NCBI GenBank assembly: GCA_951406725.2
Contig: OX597843.1
Location: 20,770,001-20,834,000, forward strand
Direction of reading: 5' to 3'
DNA from: Octopus vulgaris
Lineage: Eukaryota
DNA length: 64,000 bases
Shown here: positions 12,100-23,924 of the stretch, piece by piece
Layout of the letters: each line of letters begins with the position of its first letter
Position numbering within the stretch: the first letter of the stretch is position 1
Translations under genes and position numbers: made by a program
The notes under the pieces: generated by a model
The model's input: the letters and a program-made list of their open reading frames with translations, nothing else
Told to the model about the DNA's origin: nothing
The model's database searches: none

Positions 12100-12990
12100 A
12101 CATCTTAAATAGTTTGTTCGGTAACCTTTCATATTCTCATAACGATGTTATTTTCCTGCAGCTTTTGCATTTTTTGTCCGATTCTGATGAAAATCGATGA
12201 GTGATCGAGGTTGACGGCAGTAAGTTGATCTCAGTATATGACGTTGAAAAGAATCGCTAATTGCGCCAGGTCAGTGGTTTTCTAAAATCAATAGGTGTTT
12301 AGAGTGCCAATTCCAGTAGGGGCTTTATTTTTGGCCGTAAATTTCATGTTTTTTATCCGATTTTAATGAAATTTGAGATATAGGTAAATGATTGGTGGGG
12401 GAGACGGAAAAGGTATTTATTTAATTCAAAATGGCTTGAAATAGGCATAAATGCAAATAAGCATATTCTTAGACACATTCTTATCGATTTTATAGAAATT
12501 TTATACGTGATTATAGTTCATGTGTATTAGTTGATGCCAGCATGAAGAGTTGACAAATAATCGATATCTGCGCGTGAGCAGAGGATTTTAAGAAATCAAT
12601 AGGGTTTTTGCATGCAATCACCCATAGGATTATTATTTTATACAGTAACTTTTACAGAATTCATCCGATTTTGATGAGCTTTCACTTTTAGGGAAAGTTT
12701 AATGTCGGAGACATGTAGAAGAATTAAAATTAAACAAGCGAGAAGCAAAAATCCTCAAATCATTCACAATAAAATAATGAACTGATTTTGAAGAAAATTT
12801 AAACCGTGAGCAAAATTAAGCACTTCGACGTATGAAACATCCGTCATTCATATAATGTACTAAGATTTAAATGTCAATGGGATATTTTCGTGTAAATGGT
12901 CACATGGAATCTGTTTTATGATATAACCTTACCATTTTTCTTCGGATTTTGCTGAGATTGGACACACTGATCAATTTTGTACCGCGAGGG
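12100..12990. mobile_element. AT-rich non-autonomous repeat with recurring CCGATTTT(G/A)ATGAAA motif (possibly Helitron/Helentron-associated)
   Basis: Motif variants at ~12177, 12356, 12482, 12663, 12781 and 12942. A colinear paralogue lies at 22336-22900. The family assignment is inference. Confidence 0.55.
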
Positions 12991-13021
12991 GTATTAAGGG
13001 GAGAGAGATAAAGAAACATCG

Positions 13022-13349
13022 ATCAAATCGACCTCAGAACTTATTCTTTGTAAGCCTAGTACTTATTCTATCGGTTTCTTTTTCTGAACCGCTAAGACGT
13101 AAACACACCAGTATCGGTTGTCAGGCGATGTTGGGAAGACAAACACAGACACACAAACATATACATACACACATACATATATATATACTTACATACGACA
13201 GGCTTCTTTCAGTTTCTGTCAATGAAATCTACTCACAAATCGGCCTGAGGTTATAGCAGAAGACACTTGCCAAAGGTGCCACAAAGTGGGACTGAACCCA
13301 GAACCATGTGGTTCGTAAGCAAGATAATTACCACACAGCCACTCCTACG

Positions 13350-13351
<2 letters not shown>
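13022..13351 (-). mobile_element. SINE family A (3' tail missing)
   Basis: Head GGCGTAGGAGTGGCTGTGTGG on the minus strand; the body matches family A with internal deletions. Confidence 0.88.
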
Positions 13352-13415
<64 letters not shown>

Positions 13416-13799
13416 TTGAGAGAGACAAAGAGAGAGAGAGAAGAAAAATACCATTTATGCAATTAAAAGTTATATAGACGGTTTAAAGTGCGGATAATAA
13501 AGAAATGCGCTCAAACTGTCAAATTCTTAAAATACGTAAATGAAGAATGCGAAAAAGTGTTGTATGAGCAACTTAAGAAAATTTTATTTGTAATAGAATG
13601 TCAAAAGTGAAATTTACGTTATCACAAACAATAAACACATATCAATTATTGGTCCTAAAGAATTATGCAAGTTCAGGTGAAGTTTCTGCTGATAAATATA
13701 TCTCGATTCACCTGAAAACTTATGTAATTTTTAAGTGTTTTTAAAAGATTTCACGTCTGGAGAGATGGAGCAGCATAAACAGAGTAATTCTTTAATACA

Positions 13800-14205
13800 C
13801 TAGCAGCACCCGTAGAAATTCCGCGGCAAATGCGAAAGTTTTAAGATGGTTGTAAGTTTATGTGGAGACATAAAAATTAGCGCTCCTTTATAAATTGTAT
13901 ATTCTACATAATTGTCGTTTTAAAACACCTTCAGTCCTTCTGGATAAGACCCTCTGCTTCTCTTGGTGCCATTGCCCATTTGGTTTCATTCTTTCTGTTG
14001 TTCGATTACATCGTCTCTCATCTTTGGTTTATAAACAAATAACATTTTTCAAGCGAGCAGACGATTGCACTTATGCGCATGCTTTAAGTAATAGGTGGTA
14101 TTAAAAAATATATCAATTAAAAATTTACACTCTTCACACACACTCACCAACGCAACCTCCACCACCACCACTAACACCACAAACACATTCATCATCATCA
14201 TCATC

Positions 14206-14254
<49 letters not shown>

Positions 14255-14800
14255 GCCTTTCTTTAATCTCACCATCAGAACATCGATCCTCTGCTACAAT
14301 TCTGTTTCTCACACTCCTCTATATCACTACCTTCAACCAACATTTTTAACCACGTAATAACTATTACGTTCCCCCTACCACACGTCATAGACGCTTCTCT
14401 TACCCTCTTTTCCTCTCCCTCCTTCTCTCTCTGCCTGTTTTTCTCTCGCTCTTCACCTTACCCGCTTCTTCCCTCTACTCCATCTTTTCTCTCCCTCTTC
14501 GCATCACAGCATTAATCACTTCAAGTTATAATCAAATATTCAAATACTAAACTGCATCGATTCATTCGATCAGTCCCATTTGTCAACAAATTTGGAACGT
14601 TTTGACCATTTGAGAAATCCTAATGTAAAGCAAATAGCAATGTTTTTTTAATGCTATTCTTTAAACCTCGTAAATCTGGAGATGTGGAATAGCAAAATCA
14701 ATGTTCTGTTTAATAAGTTAGGTATTTTCATCTTTCATAATTTATGCGTGAATTGAATGAAATCTGAGATAGATACCATGAACGTTCCGTTTAAGATGCT
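13800..14800 (-). mobile_element. Helitron 3' terminus and adjacent non-coding body
   Basis: The minus strand reads CCGCGGAATTTCTACGG (imperfect hairpin), GTGCTG, CTAG, T: the canonical Helitron 3' end. 14130-14560 is similar to 33540-33990 upstream of the Helitron ORF. The upstream boundary is uncertain. Confidence 0.62.
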
Positions 14801-17074
14801 ACAGGCAAACATTTACAGGAATGATGAAGGGGTTGAAGTGTTTAGCACAGAGGTTCATACTGAAAACGAACTGATGTTTAAGATCGAGGAGCAAAGGAAT
14901 AGATGAGTGAGTCGGTAGTACCTGCTTGGTGGGGTGAAGAGCTCAGCCAACTCCTACAAGAATCTGTAGCATGACAGTGACAGTGGCAAAACAAGAGAAG
15001 AGATATCCTTCCTGCGAGATAGCTGTTAGAGTATGTCTATTAGGGATAGAGTAAAATTTAGCCACGTCACCCTTCTTTCGATGCAATCCCGGATGTGTAT
15101 CACCCTTCCAGGTGTAGAAAGATTTCTTCATTGTGTGTTTCACTTGAGCATTGTAAATGGTCTGAAGTTTTGGCTGCAAAGAGAAGGATTGGACTTTAAA
15201 ATACCGTACTAGCTATGCAAAGGATCTACTTTCGCCAAGAAAGAACTTCACTGCTAATAATGCTCAACGAAGTGTAAGTTTTCAAGTAAGATTGTGAAGG
15301 ACACTTGTCTAATCTTCAGCACATCACAAATGGCCGTGTTTCAACACCATGTCCACGGCTATGCTGTATCCTTTCTCTGTCTCTAATGGCCTATTTCAAT
15401 GGTAGTCTTAAACCACATCTCTGTTCAAAACCGCAACCTAGTAATTTTAAGTGCCTTTAGTGAAGTCCATATTGTCTTAAACATTCTTCAGTTGAAGAAT
15501 ACCATCTTTTCTCCTTCCCTCTAGACTTGGTCATCCTGTGAATCGGTTTCAAGCCTGCTTTACTCCTACTCGAAAGAAAATATGAAATCTGTCCTTATTC
15601 AACGGTATGAAAATATATATCTCCGTTCTTGGTGTATAAACAATTTAAACTTTATTCAAGACAATACTTTGGAAATATCGTCAGGCTAACGAAATAACTG
15701 GAGACGAACTGGGAGTCTTTTGACACACAGAATCCGAAACGGACATCAATTTAATACGATCACATCAGAATTGTAAGATACTGGATCCAGAGAATGTCTT
15801 TGTTTTGTTTTCGAATAAACCAGCTTATGAAGAACGTACTAATATACATAGAAATTGCATTGTCTTCAAAACTAGGATTTTTTGAACTTCTACTGAAAAG
15901 CTAGCAAATATCTCTAAATTTCTACAGACAGTTTACATTATTGTTCATGCCTATTTTTTCATGAATTTGTGTTTGAATGGTTTTCTTCAGTGCTGATCCT
16001 CAATATCCCAGCATCGTATTTAGTTACAATCTGCCTTGATAAGACATGGATGTTGGATGATTTTCTCCGGCTGAACTAAAGTCTGTTCATTCACATTAAA
16101 ATACCCTGGGACTAATGCTCGCTGCGGCCATTATTTCATTACCCGATGTTTACACCAGACCTTTAATAAAATAATCGATAAACCATAATAGACATTCGTA
16201 CTACATTTCCCAATATATTTCCCCTTAAATATGAGGAAAATAGTGAAAATTGAGGGTTTGGGTATCTTGAAATCTAGACGTAATCCTAAAAAATGGATTC
16301 CACATTTGAATTCAGCAAAATTATTTAACAGAGAGGTACTCTTCTATAGCTTGTTGTTGTATATGAGTATACTGTAAGCGATAGAATGGGTAAGAGCTTC
16401 TAAATATAGGGTTAGGTTTAGGGTTTGGGTATGCTTAATATGGATAAAACATTGCAGTGGACCAAACACGGATTGCACTTTGGCAAGGCATAGCACCCAT
16501 ACTTCATTCAATTTACGCATAGAGTTGACGTCATAGGAAACAATATGACAGGCGTAGTCTTAGTTTGAACCTCATTCATTCACCAACGGTAACATAGACA
16601 TGATGCTTGACAGAGGAACCCCTGTCATGTCAGTGGACAGAACCGCCATGTTTCCAAACAGTATTACTACTGACGTCTTCGGACCTATCAAACGTAGGTG
16701 TTATTAAGCTACCGAATTGCGTAAATGATTTATACTAAAATTAGTTCTTCATCTCGCATCGATTATCGTTTGGATAACCAAGAGGCACATTAAACTGTGG
16801 AACCTCTCACGGTGCAGCTTTCGAAAATAATCTACAGACCTAAGCTGAAATCTCATCTGAAAGAGAGTGTCTCCAGGACCCCTGTTACAGTCCCCTTCAA
16901 CTCCTTCATCTTGAGGAACAAATAAAAATCACAGGGCGGGACATTTACATAATTTATTCATAGAGGTTTTTTTCTAGGTTTCGTGTGTCTTTACTGTCCA
17001 TTAGTAGGATCATCAAGGATCTGTGAACTGGATCTGTGGATCAGAGAGGGAGAATTTATTTGAATATATATATG

Positions 17075-19745
17075 TCTTGCAAACAACTTGCACATGCAAG
17101 TGCTACCAGTTTAAAGCTCCGTATACCGGAAGCTAGCAAGTGTATGGGTCATCAGGAGAGAATGCACGCCGTTTCGGGGCCTACATCTCGACGGCATCAA
17201 TGCGCACCGGACCCCCTCACTGATACGAGGCCCAGCTTGCTAGATCAGCTGGTTATGAAGTTAAACTCAATATACTTCTAGCCATCGCTCATCGTCTCTT
17301 GTTAACCAAATTCACTGGCTAGCCTTCTCCACTGTAGATTGGATATCAGTCATGGTGGTATTGACTTTACGATGAGTTAGGCCTAGCGATAACAACAGTC
17401 GTCTCACGCTGAATCCAACAAACCCTCTACATCCGACTTCGATAGGAAAATGTTCCACTTTCCAGCCTGCGTCTTCACATTCCTCGAGGAGGTTTTCATA
17501 ACGGCTCAATTTTCGAGCCCGAGCGGCGTCCATATTATCTTCATGAGGAACCGTTAGCTCGACTATATTTACAACTTTCTTTCACACCACATCAAAATAT
17601 CTGGTTTTTTCGAAACTGGGATGGGAAAGAAAACCTGGCACCCAGGTAAATCTGCAGTTACCTCCCAATAGCCGTTCCACTTTTCATTTTTCTCAGGAAG
17701 TTTCTTGATCTTCTTCTTGAAACGGATCCGCTGTCCTGGTCGCACGAAGGTAATGAAATCTCTTGATGGTACTTTCAACGGTTTTTCGTCAGTGTTGTTG
17801 AGATGAATTTTGTTCTTTATAGCATTGAAGATAACCTTAAGGAACAAGTTGTGCCTCCATGTATACTTGTTCAATGCTAATGAATAGTTGGAAAGAATAT
17901 GTTTTAGTGTACCGACCTTTCCACATTTGCAGATGTCATTCTCTAAGACGTTCCATCTTACTAGATTCGTAGGTGATGGCAAAACATCATAAGATGAACG
18001 AATCAGGAAACTCAGCCGAGATGTTGTCCACTTTCACATCTCATCCCAACTTATCTTCCTCTCAACAACATGTTCTTGCCATCTCGTCATCTGACCTTGA
18101 TGAACACATCGGATCAAATGAAGATCTCTTCTCTCTGCTTCTCTTGTTTTGACGCTGTTGCTAACAACAGATCTGCGTTCACTCCGCATCATGCTTGCAA
18201 ACGGTCTGAATTGATCTACGCCAAAACCAAGTCCTTTCCGATGATTCTGCGTTGCTCCCACCATATCTCTGTGTATAAGAGAAGACAAAATGTCGTGAGT
18301 TTCTGCTTCTGCTTTCCACTTCCTGGCTGTGTTCATCTCTGGTGGGTTACGCCTGATTTTCATATCCTTCGATTCTCTCAGCATCATGATCGTCCGTATC
18401 TTCCCCAGCTTATATATTTCGACTATTGATGCAACAACCTCTTTTATGATAAAGAGCTGAGTTGTTCAACATACGAGGTAGGCCTAGCCACTTTCTAATG
18501 AACACATTACATTTTTGTTCAATGCTTTCAACTCGTGACAATGCTACTTCGTATATTAAAAGTGGCCACGCAAGTCGCGGGTACAAGCCGAACTGCAAGC
18601 ACCAAATTTTATATTTACCTGGTAACCTCGAATTATCAATCGCTGATAACCCAGCTTCGGCCTGTTTCATAATTTCAATCCCATGACTTCTGTCTGACAA
18701 GGTTCCAGCGTATACTCGTCCCAAGCTCTTGACGGGCTCTTCCTTGACTGTTGGAATGCTTTCTTCAGATATCCGGAACTTAAATTCTTTCTGCACTCCT
18801 TTAACAAATGTCAGACTACGCGGCTTTTTGGCTCTAAATCGCATCCTTGACCACCTTACAAGTTCGTCTAATCTCAAGAGGGCATTCTGCATGATTTGTT
18901 TATCTGTAGCTAGAAATGACACATCATCCATGAACTCTTTCTTAGGCGATTGTACATGGGCGATTTGTTCCGGAAAATCTACACCTTTCAAAATCAACTC
19001 CTAACCAAGATAAACAATGTGACAGATATTGTACAGCCAGCAGCAATGTCAACCTCTAAACTGTCATAGTACATCCTCATTATTTTGATCACTTTGTCAG
19101 GAATATGGAAGTGGTCCATGGCTGTTATTAGTAATTCGTGTGGCACGCGTAACCATACGCGTTAGCTAGGTCGAGGCTTACCACGTTCAGACTTTTCTTG
19201 TTCTGTTTGGCGTCCTGGATCGCTTTCCAAATCGAAAAACAGTGTTCAACGCATCCAGGGATCCCGGGTATTCCGGCCTATTGTAGAGATTCATCAACAT
19301 ATCCGTTACCCTGTAAATATGCCACTGTTCTCCTCGACGGAATTCCCATAAAAATCTTGCCTTCCACATTCAATAAGGATATCGGCCTTAACTGTTTTAT
19401 GGTCTTTGTATTGGCCTCTTTCGCCAGGTATATTACACCAATCCCCTGCCTTACACCAATCCTCTACTATAGTCTCCTCGCGCTACAGTTTTCGGAGTAG
19501 GACGAAGAGCTTCTTTCGCAGACGATTGCAGTATTTGTAGGCTTTATATGAGACGCCATCACCTCCTGGGGCACTCTCTGCTCTAGCTTTTCTTACAAAG
19601 TCATTCACCTCTCTCCCTGATGTCCCCAATCTGGAATTCGATATCAGGTCCTGAGAGATGATTTAGCCCATGTAGAGGTGGCAGCGGCTGGTTACGGTGC
19701 GGATCGTTGTAGGTTTCCTTGATATGAGCATCCAATTCTTCTTTA
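17075..19745 (-). mobile_element. HERO-like (R2 group) non-LTR retrotransposon, RT plus restriction-like endonuclease, 5'-truncated and broken
   Basis: RT motifs FMDDV and VKSLGRVY; PGKYKIWCLQFGLYPRLAWPLLIYEV; PSPTNLVRW; YTWRHN; RLE KKPDILMW...IVELTVPHED...FPIEVGCRGF...EKASQW. Confidence 0.86.
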
Positions 19746-20276
19746 TATATACATGTACTTACACACACACACCCTAACATATACATATATAAATGTTTAT
19801 AACAAATAACATTTTAATGAGTATATCTTCAATTTATAAGTATATATGTGTAGAGAGAGAGAGTGAGAGAGAAAGCGAAAGAGAGAAAGAAATAAAGATA
19901 GAATGAAAGAAAGAAAGAGTGAGAGAGAGACAGAGAGAATTAACAATTTGAATATACAAACTCAATCCCATTATTATCATAATTAGACTGTATATCTACG
20001 TTGCCAAAAAATAAACTGTTACATCGGTTGGGACCTAAAGGACATTCAGCGTAAACCTACCATCTGAAGGTACCAGCCTTGCCATTCGCTATCTGCTTTC
20101 ATATTATATCCCTTCTCTTACTATACATATATATATTAATAGCAGCGGTATACCAACAAAAGAATGAATGGGACCTCAGTATTATGTAAATAGAGGAATT
20201 TATCTGTGACATGTGAAACCCCATACGTCAAACCTGTAATACATACATATGTATGTATTACATAGGAATACATACG

Positions 20277-20340
<64 letters not shown>

Positions 20341-20342
<2 letters not shown>

Positions 20343-20718
20343 AAGCACTCCGTCGGTTACGACGATGAGGGTTCCGGTTGATCCGACCAACGGAACAGCC
20401 TGCTCGTGAAATTAACGTGTAAGTGGCTGAGCACTCCACAGACACGTGTACCTTAACGTAGTTCTCGGGGATATTCAGCGTGACACAGAGAGTGACTAGG
20501 CCGGCCCTTTGAAATACAGGTACAACAGAAACAGGAAGAAAGAGTGAGAGAATGTTGTGGTGAAAGAGTACAGCAACGATCACCACCATCCCTGCCGGAG
20601 CCTCATGAAGCTTTAGGTGTTTTCGCTCAACAGACACTCACAACGCCCGGTCTGGGAATCGAAACCGCGATCCTACGACCGCGAGTCCGCTGCCCTAACC
20701 ACTGGGCCATTGCGCCTC

Positions 20719-20719
<1 letters not shown>
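20341..20719 (-). mobile_element. tRNA-derived SINE, family B
   Basis: Head GGAGGCGCAATGGCCCAGTGGTTAGGGCAGCGGACTCGCGGTCGTAGGATCGCGGTTTCGATTCC with A and B boxes. Flanked on both sides by (TA)n. Confidence 0.9.
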
Positions 20720-20761
<42 letters not shown>

Positions 20762-20762
<1 letters not shown>

Positions 20763-22303
20763 AAAATAGTAAAGTGTGAAAAAACGACAGAAGGCTTAAA
20801 TGTTAAAAAATATATATATTTGTGTCAAAATGTCTGGAGAATATTGGACAAATTTTTTTCCTTTCCTTAAAATGTCATAATTTTAAAATTTTTTAAAGAA
20901 ATTACCGGTTTCGCGTGTAGCTTTTCAAATTTCTTGTGACGTTATGTTTATATTGCATGGAGTTATCGTTGTTTTTATTTCCAGAAGATTTCTAAATAAG
21001 GGGAGGTAGTGAGTGATTTCTTCCGGTGTAAGGGAGATAATCGCTTAAAATTTTGTTTTCCCTTTCCCTTGTTAATTTCTCTGTGTCAGTATGTTCGGGT
21101 GGTTGAGTCTGGGTTTGTACTTTTCAATGAAGAATGTTTCCTTGTTCAGTCTCATTTGTGTTGATGATCCGAAAGCACATTGGTAAAATGGGAAGATTAA
21201 AAATTGTGGCAGTAGTTGCTTTGCGCATTTCTCAATGTGCTCACTAAAAGGTATCATTCTATATTCTGGGAATGCAATCTGTTGTCGATGCAGTGTGCAT
21301 CTACGCCTGAGTGATAGTCCCGTGGAACCCACGTAGTCTTGGTGGCAGCCCGGGCATTTAATAACATAAATTATATTTTCAGAGGCACAAGTAAAGTTAG
21401 ATTTGATCTTAAATTTCTGTCCCTCTTTAAAGAAGAATTCTGATCCTTCCAATAGTTTAGGACATGTTGCACAGTTCGATCTACCACATTTTTTTACTTT
21501 TGCATCCGTAATTTTAGAAGACAATTTTGCCTTTGTGAGAATCTTTTTAAGTGATTTAGGCTGTTTGTAGCTTTTAATGATTTGGTGTATGTTTAGAATT
21601 TCCTTTAATTTTGGGTTTTTATGAAGTATTGGTAAATTCTGGGTGATGATGGTGAAGGCTTCTTTGTTTCTGGGGTTGTATGTAGATATGTAAGGTAGTA
21701 TTTTCGGGGAAGGTGTGTTGTTGTGTTGAACTTTTCTTTAAGTTTCTATGTTGATTTCTGTTGCACGTCTGATCCCATCCTCTATGAGTTGAGCTGGGTA
21801 ATGTCTGTCAATTAGGGTGTTTTTGAGTTCTTGCAGTCTAAAGTTCCTGGTATTTTGTTCTGACACTATTGTGCATATCCTTCTTGCAAGGTTGAAGGGG
21901 ATGTTTGTTTTAGTGTGTCTTGGGTGGCATGAATTAAAAAGAAGGTATTGTTTGGCGTCTGTGGTTTTGTAAAAAATATCTGTTTCTATTTTAAGGTTAA
22001 TTTTTTTAATTAGTATATCCAAGAACGGGAGCTCCTTTTGGTTGTATTCCATTGTGAACTGTATATTTGGGTTTATGCTGTTCAATAGGTTTTTAAATTT
22101 TAGGAGTTTATCTATGTTTTCATTCCAGAGAATGAAACAATCGTCTAGGAATCGTTTCCAATTCTCTTTTATGTATTGAGAGAGGGAGTTTCCAAAGATT
22201 GATAGAGATTCCTGGTAAATGATTATTTCCATGTATCCCATTGTTAAGTTCGCAATGACTGGTGCTGCCCTTGTACCCATAGCAATTCCGGATTTTTGAC
22301 GGA
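20762..22303 (-). mobile_element. Penelope-like element (Neptune-type), 5'-truncated: RT C-terminal half, Cys-rich linker and GIY-YIG endonuclease, one nonsense codon
   Basis: QKSGIAMGTRAAP, WKRFLDDCF, LPFLDILI, SCHPRH, LPYISTYNP, CGRSNCATC, NIIYVIKCPGCHQDYVGSTG. ORFs 21738-22280 and 21072-21524 are in the same frame, separated by a single TAA at 21738-21740. Confidence 0.92.
20896..20935 (-). ncRNA. Minimal type I hammerhead ribozyme, U3-A8 core variant
   Basis: The minus strand reads AAGAAAU-UUGAAAA-GC-UACAC-GC-GAAA-CCGG-UA-AUUUCUU: 7-bp stem I, 2-bp stem II, palindromic ACCGGU stem III, GUA cleavage triplet. It lies in the PLE 3' region in sense orientation. Confidence 0.78.
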
Positions 22304-22335
22304 ATAGATAAACTCCTAAAATTTAAAAAACCTAT

Positions 22336-23175
22336 ACCCACAGGGGTTTTATTTTTGGCCGTAAATTTCATATTTTTCATCCGATTTTAATGAAATATGA
22401 AGTGTAGATAAATGTGCATACAGACATTTTTAACGATTTTGTAGAAATTTTACACGTGATTACAGTTCATGTCCATTAGTTGATACCAGATGAAGAGTTG
22501 ACAAAAAATCGATAACTGCGTTTTAAAAAATCAATAGGCTTATTGTATGCAATCACCCATAGGATTAGTATTTTAGGCTGTAACTTTTACACAATTCATC
22601 CGATTTTGATGAACTTCGACTTTTAGGTAAAGTTTAAGGCCTGAGTCATGTAATAGCATTAAAATTAAAATGATGAAAGGCAGAAATCGTCAAAATCATT
22701 CACAATGAAATAACGAACTGATTTTGAAGAAAATTGTCCAGTGTGTAAAATTATAATATATAAAACGTCGGTTATTTATATAACGTATTGAGATTAAAAT
22801 GTTAATGGAATATTTTCATGTAAATGGTCACATGGATTCTATTTTATGACATAACCTTACCACTTTTCTTTAGATTTTACTCAGATTGAACACACTGCTT
22901 AATTTTGTAACAACAATGACATTCAGGGGGGGGGAGAAATAAACAGACATCACTCTCAATGTGTCGAAGTAGACCCAAACGTTTCACTGCTATTTCAGAC
23001 GGTCCAGTATGGAGGAGTATGTCGAAAGCGTTAAGCGGGTAAAATGCCTGCCGAATCAGATATAACATCTTAATTGGTAACAGTTGGTAGAGAGAATGTA
23101 GAAGATTTCGATACAAGATCAGAGGTGGGCTTAACTTCTACACGGAAAACACGAGTAAAGCCGGGTCCAACATCG
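22336..23175. mobile_element. Second copy of the CCGATTTTGATGAA-motif repeat
   Basis: 22340-22900 is colinear with 12318-12985 (ttggccgtaaatttcat..., gaagagttgacaaa, aaatggtcacatgga). Confidence 0.7.
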
Positions 23176-23218
23176 TGTATATATGTATATATATATGGAG
23201 GCACATGAACATATATAT

Positions 23219-23430
23219 GGAGGCAGAAGTTCTAGTGGTTAGAGCAGCAGACTTTCGCTCGGGGGATCGCGGTTTCGAATCTCAGATTATGCGATGTTTG
23301 TTTATGAGCGGAACTCCTCAGCTCCACCACATTCTCTCACTCTTTCCTCCTACTTCTAGCAGCTCACCGGCAGAGGTCCAGTGCCCCGTCCCTTATGAGC
23401 CAGGCATGGCTCGAGAATGAACAAACAACA
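23219..23430 (+). mobile_element. Degenerate SINE family B
   Basis: ggaggcagaagttctagtggttagagcagcagact...ggatcgcggtttcgaatc resembles the family B head. Confidence 0.7.
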
Positions 23431-23924
23431 ATATATATACTATTTATTTATTTAATGGACACAGTACCTGACTTTAAGTTCAGTTTCATATGTTGAGGAA
23501 TATCTCAAACATATGCACCCGGCACAAACAACATATCATTACGAACTAAAGAAAAATGAATAAGAGAAGAAACTTTAGAAAACTGAGAATATAGCATATA
23601 GAAAATGTAGAAAGTTAAAACAAAAGAAAATGAAAACACAAAAATGTAAAAATTAAAATGTAGAAAAGGTGAAAGTGTAATCCTCCTTAGGTCTTAAATT
23701 AAAGGGCTGGAAAGATTACAAAATGTTAATAAAGAATAGGTAGCGAACTTAGTAGCTTTGCTTGTGTCCTTATGTCGGAAGGAGGCTACGTGATTGGGAT
23801 ACCGATTTTTAAGTTTATTCTTTTTATCTCAGTATGTATGTATATATAAGTATGTTTGTATGTATGTTTGTATGTATGTATGTTTCTCTCTGTCTCTCTC
23901 GCTCTATCTATCTATCTATCTATC

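Noticed and set aside
14943-15460. Possible host exon or integrase fragment (HPGLHRKKGD..., PLETEKGYS)
   Set aside because: No recognisable motif, and the frame differs between the two arms (ISQEGYLFSC vs ISQAGYLLFV).
16405-16430. Interstitial telomere (gggttaggtttagggtttggg)
   Set aside because: Only three or four degenerate units, far from the symmetry axis; no support for a chromosome fusion site.
20640-20719. tRNA gene
   Set aside because: Has A and B boxes but no proper acceptor stem or terminator, and continues into a 380-bp repeat body with relatives elsewhere in the window: a SINE head.
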